A DNA stretch of 63,999 bases, the filler included, from Folioceros fuciformis (taxonomy: Eukaryota), in the NCBI GenBank assembly GCA_049999805.1. It is 10 parts of 10 records of this genome, joined end to end, with 100 filler letters (N's around TTAATTAATTAA, not from the genome) between each part and the next. Parts side by side here need not be neighbours in the genome. Positions count along the whole stretch, not along the records: positions 60,135 to 63,999 come from JBNGIO010001618.1; 9 more parts are not named here. One strand, 5' to 3'. Of this stretch, positions 60,035 to 63,999 are shown in pieces; positions within the stretch are counted from its first letter, which is position 1, and every line of letters begins with the position of its first letter. The position numbers were made by a program, and so were the translations under genes. The notes beneath the pieces were generated by a model. The model made no database searches and was not told the origin of the DNA. It worked only from the letters and a program-made list of their open reading frames with translations.

Positions 60035-61059
60035 NNNNNNNNNNNNNNNNNNNNNNNNNNNNNNNNNNNNNNNNNNNNTTAATTAATTAANNNNNNNNNN
60101 NNNNNNNNNNNNNNNNNNNNNNNNNNNNNNNNNNCTACAGCTGCCCACCGCTTTGGGACGCATCACTTCTACGTGGACGTGCAGGTTTGTTTTGCCTGCA
60201 TGAATTCGCGACGTTTGAATGTTTTTGTTGTGTGACTTTGTGTCGATCGTTTTTTTTTCTAATTCGCGTTGGAAAAGTAGGCAAGAATGCTGCAACGACA
60301 CTCGCTGGTTGGAAGGGCTAGGGCTGGTTCTCAAGAATTAGCAGAGAATACAGCCATGTCAGCATGAGAATACAGCCATGTCAGCATGACGAAGGATGGA
60401 GCACCGGTTGCGTGATATCTTGAAGCAAAACGCTTCCTCGCCAATTCTAGAGCAACTTGAGGTTTGAGTCTAGACATTGGGCAATGCCATGTAAGTAGGC
60501 ATATTGTATCCATTAGATACTCATTCTTGTCCATTGCATTATTGTAGGAGGCTTTATTTGCCAAGTGGACCGAGAACGGCCATGGCTCTCTCGTATTTCC
60601 TCTAGATGATTCGTTTCACCCAATTTTACTACGCAGATTGGCTTAGGTATAGTTTGCACTCCTTTTTAGGGTTTAGGGTTTGGGGTTTGTCCACATGTTG
60701 TGATATATTGTTTTTAAAAACCTATTTAGGTGTATAGTCTCACCAATCTCAAGTGCAGTTTTGTTTTGTTATTAATTTTTAACTTTTATCTATTGATTGA
60801 TTCATGTAGTTTCACAATTTCAACTGCATGGAGTCTGAAGTAGATCCCTCCGCGCTAGGCTTGAGACCCAAACGTGGTCATGATGGGGCCAATGCAGTAC
60901 ACTTTTGCTTGGTGAAGTTTCTACGACAATTGCGGACTCAGTGAAGTGTTTGCAACCTAGATGTGGTCAAGATGAGACTCATGCACAATGTATGAAGCTT
61001 TTACGACTTAGATGTGGTCAAGATGAGGCTAATGCACAATACTTCATCTTGGTGAAGTT

Positions 61060-61370
61060 TGAGCGAAGCTCGTACTCAATTGATGAAGCTTCTAAGGGAG
61101 CCTCGTACTTAATTGGTGAAGCTTCTAAGGCAACATGTTACTTAATTGGTGAAGCTTTGAAGCTTCTAAGACGGCCTCGTACTTGATTGGTGAAGCTTCT
61201 AAGACAACATCCTACTTAATTGGTGAAGCATGTGATTGCTCATTTGCTCTAGACGTTGACTTGAGATGACCTTGTAGTTGGTGAAGCATCTAATTGCTTA
61301 TTTGCTTTGGAGGTTGGCTTGAGGCAACCTTGTACTTGGTGAAGCTTTTAAGGCAGCCTCGTACTTGATG
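61060..61370 (+). repeat. Degenerate ~33-bp tandem array
   Basis: Recurring CCTCGTACTTAATTGGTGAAGCTTCTAAG-like units. Confidence 0.75.
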
Positions 61371-61639
61371 AGGTTTCTACAATGGAGCTCGGGTCTATAG
61401 TTTTGTAGAAACTTATGTTTTATGTAAGTGTCTAGTTTTGTAGAAACTTATATGTTCTATAATTTTATGTTGGATATTTATTTACTCCCTAGTAAAGATT
61501 AAGTTGACTAGCCTTTACACCAGGTCAAGTTAAGTGAATGGTCACTTGATTAAGTATTTCAACACATATTCAAATCTGGCCATTTGTTTAAGGGTACACT
61601 AGATGGTGAAATATTATTCTTTTGCTTTGCATGTAGAGA

Positions 61640-61900
61640 AGTGTCCACTCAACCTTGAAATGCAATATAATTGTTCTACTTTGTATGCAAACTTTTTGCT
61701 TGCAAGGCATGCAGCACACAAGTGTACACGCAACCTTGAAATGAAATATAATTGTTCTATTTTGTATACAAACTTTTGCTTGGCCTATAGACAAGTGTAC
61801 ACTCAACCTTGGAATGAAATATAATTGTTTTGCTTGGCCTACAGACAAGTGTACATGCAACCTTGAAATGAAATATAATTGTTTTGCTTTGTATGCAAAC
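61640..61900 (+). repeat. Degenerate tandem repeat (units ~55-80 bp)
   Basis: CAACCTTGAAATGAAATATAATTGTT-like core recurs 4 times. Confidence 0.75.
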
Positions 61901-62329
61901 TCCCCCTTTATGCATGGTATCAAAGCTCTAGGTGTTGTGTGGTATTCATGATGCTTTTTAGGCTATGTGTTTAAGCCTTTCTAGTTGCTAGACCAGATGC
62001 TGTGCATGTAGTGAGCTAGGGTTGAGTTCCATTAGCCTAAGCTAGGTTTGCGCAAGTGACTCGCTCTCTCTAGATCGAGTACTTTGTCTTTTGGTTAAAT
62101 TGACCCCAATTCGAAACTAGCTAAGGGTTATGTTTAGAAACGAGAAGGTGAGGCCGACCCAAGATAACCACACGGTTGCAATACACTACATGAAATACCT
62201 TCCATACATTTCGGATGGTATTTTATCTCCCGTATTCTCATTTCATGTTCAACTATGCAAAGGGATTGCATTGTCCCAAAGCCTCTTGAATTTTGGATCT
62301 CATGCGGAGATGCTTGCCCTATGATAGGA

Positions 62330-62940
62330 AGCAAATGGTTTGATGAACCACATTTTGCTCATGATGGATTATCGTTTGCCATGCTTTCCGTAGACGAATA
62401 CAACCCAAAAGTTTTGGTACCCTTCCAATAGGGTGCCTGGTGCATCAAATTACGGGCGCCATGGTGTTGGCCAATTTATGAGCCATATGTTATTTGTGGA
62501 TGGTCATAGGTGTTTCAAGAACTTCACAAAGTACCTGCTTGCTACTTTCCAATACATTTGTGGTCTCGTATGGGACGAACTTGAGTCTATGGTTGTACCA
62601 AGTTTTTTCTCAAGTCGTTGGCCAAATCATTCTTGTTCAAGAACAAGCGGCAATGCCTCTCCATCATTTGGCTTCAGGGCATTCCTACAAAAGCTTGGGG
62701 CAACACTTTGGTGGAGGTGCCACTGCAGCAGCAGTCAATTGTGTGTTCGTAATTTCATTCGTGTACTATTGAAATGTGGTGGACACCACCAAAGATGGCC
62801 AAATTTGGCACAAGAAGAAGCAAGACAAAGGGGATTTCGAGCTCAACATGAGTTCCCCAATTGTCTAGGAGCCATTGACGCTACTCACTTTTTCACGCAG
62901 TGGCCAATGAGGGAGCAAAAGTTTACTTGGTATGGTCAAA
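62330..62940 (+). mobile_element. PIF/Harbinger transposase remnant (DDE_Tnp_4-like)
   Basis: FKNFTKY..ATFQYICGLV, LHHLASGHSYKSLGQHFG and RWP......GF....FPNCLGAIDATH; frameshifted and truncated after the first catalytic Asp. Confidence 0.82.
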
Positions 62941-62949
62941 AGTTTACTT

Positions 62950-63262
62950 GCAACATACTTTGTTATAAACATGATGCATGTTTGCACATAAATGAAATTA
63001 TCGTAATTGGAAACTACCATCAAAGTGTACCATGAACTATTTTACTATTGATGAAAATTGCAACCATATTTGTGAAAATGCATGTTTTTGGAGAGCTAAA
63101 TCATATTTATCCTTCAACAAGTTCTAAGTTTTCTAAACAAAAGTGCAGCATACTTTGTTATAAACATGATGCATGGGCCCACATTCATGAAATTATCGTA
63201 AATAGAAAATATGATCAAAGTGTACAATAAACTATTTTGCTATTTTATGAAAATTGCAACCA
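62950..63262 (+). repeat. ~195-bp-period duplication at the transposase truncation point
   Basis: GCARCATACTTTGTTATAAACATGATGCATG...TGAAAATTGCAACCATAT occurs at ~62950 and ~63145. Confidence 0.75.
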
Positions 63263-63706
63263 TATCTTTAATTAAATATACTAGACCCATTCAATGCGCC
63301 ATGGCGCCAAACCCCTAAATCCATTCTACTTCGCCATGTTGCTAAACCATTCCGACGCCGCTCCACTATACCATTCCTACAGCACTCCTACCCCATCCCT
63401 ACACCACTCATACGGCTGATGCAGACAACTCTTACACCACATAATCATATTGCCCCTACATCGCTCAATCATACCATCCTTACATCACTCCTGCGCCCAT
63501 CGTTTCACACCGCTCTTTACTGTTCTACCATCATTCCTCCACACCACTCTACCCATCATTCCTCCACACCGCCCTACGTCCCACACCACTCTACCATCAT
63601 TCCTCCATACCACTCTACCCATCATTCCTCCACACCGCCCTATGTCCCACACCGCTCAACCATCACTCTTGCTCTACACCGCTCTTGCTCTACACCACTT
63701 GCACCG

Positions 63707-63825
63707 CTAGGGTTTTGAGCTGGGTGTTTAGAGTTTAGGGTTTAGTGTTTAGGAATGAGTATTTAGGGTTTATTGTTTAGGTTTTATTGTTGAGGAATGA
63801 GTATTTAAGGTTTATTTTTTAGGGC
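63707..63825 (+). repeat. Degenerate telomere-like TTTAGGG repeats; similar short patches at 55525-55558 and 60664-60688
   Basis: TTTAGGG, TTTAGTG and TTTAAGG variants clustered together. Confidence 0.55.
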
Positions 63826-63999
63826 TTAGAGTAAGTCCTAGCCCAGTGACTCTATACAAAGAGTATTGTAGAGAAGTCTTGTCATTATGCTCGAGCTTCT
63901 TTCGGCTTGGATGCGAACTTAATGTTTGAGCCCCTTGCCAAACTTTATGTTTCAGCCTCTTGTGGCAAGACTTCATTGCATACGTTAGGCCTCCAATCC

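Noticed and set aside
59681-60086. Thr/Ser/Pro-rich mucin-like + strand ORFs
   Set aside because: Reverse-strand reading of the SR45a repeat exon.
63419-63718. His/Pro/Thr-rich extensin-like ORFs
   Set aside because: Explained by a 66-bp duplication in C/A-rich low-complexity sequence near the Harbinger remnant.

Overview
Eukaryotic land-plant DNA, not a continuous locus. Ten contigs (1-5360, 5461-10316, 10417-15400, 15501-20585, 20686-34651, 34752-40082, 40183-45935, 46036-54480, 54581-60034, 60135-63999) are joined by an artificial 100-nt spacer (44 N + TTAATTAATTAA + 44 N), so neighbourhood arguments hold only within a contig. Dense genes, mostly ~70-150 nt GT-AG introns, LHCB4 and a LysM-GH18 chitinase suggest a seed-free plant with a compact genome, possibly Selaginella-like (inference). 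Recognisable host genes: ELP1, a coiled-coil RING E3, LHCB4, MED6, a DnaJ-type zinc-finger protein, an RS/K-rich protein, an F-box protein, a type I MADS-box gene, pectate lyase, two GH18 chitinases, a jacalin lectin, an SDE2-like gene, RabA and SR45a. Also present: NC2beta/Dr1 and PPR pseudogenes, four degenerate Ty1/copia elements (one nested), a PIF/Harbinger remnant and many tandem repeats. Best novelty candidates: (1) an intact but very divergent TBP-fold gene at 27985-29051 with an intronless core, within ~5.5 kb of MED6 and an NC2beta pseudogene; (2) antisense coding-like sequence between pol and the 3' LTR of several copia elements; (3) a head-to-head LysM-chitinase/chitinase pair followed by a jacalin gene; (4) an SR45a with Asp/Arg/Gly repeats directly upstream of the RRM. 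All family calls come from motif recognition by eye; no database search was run.
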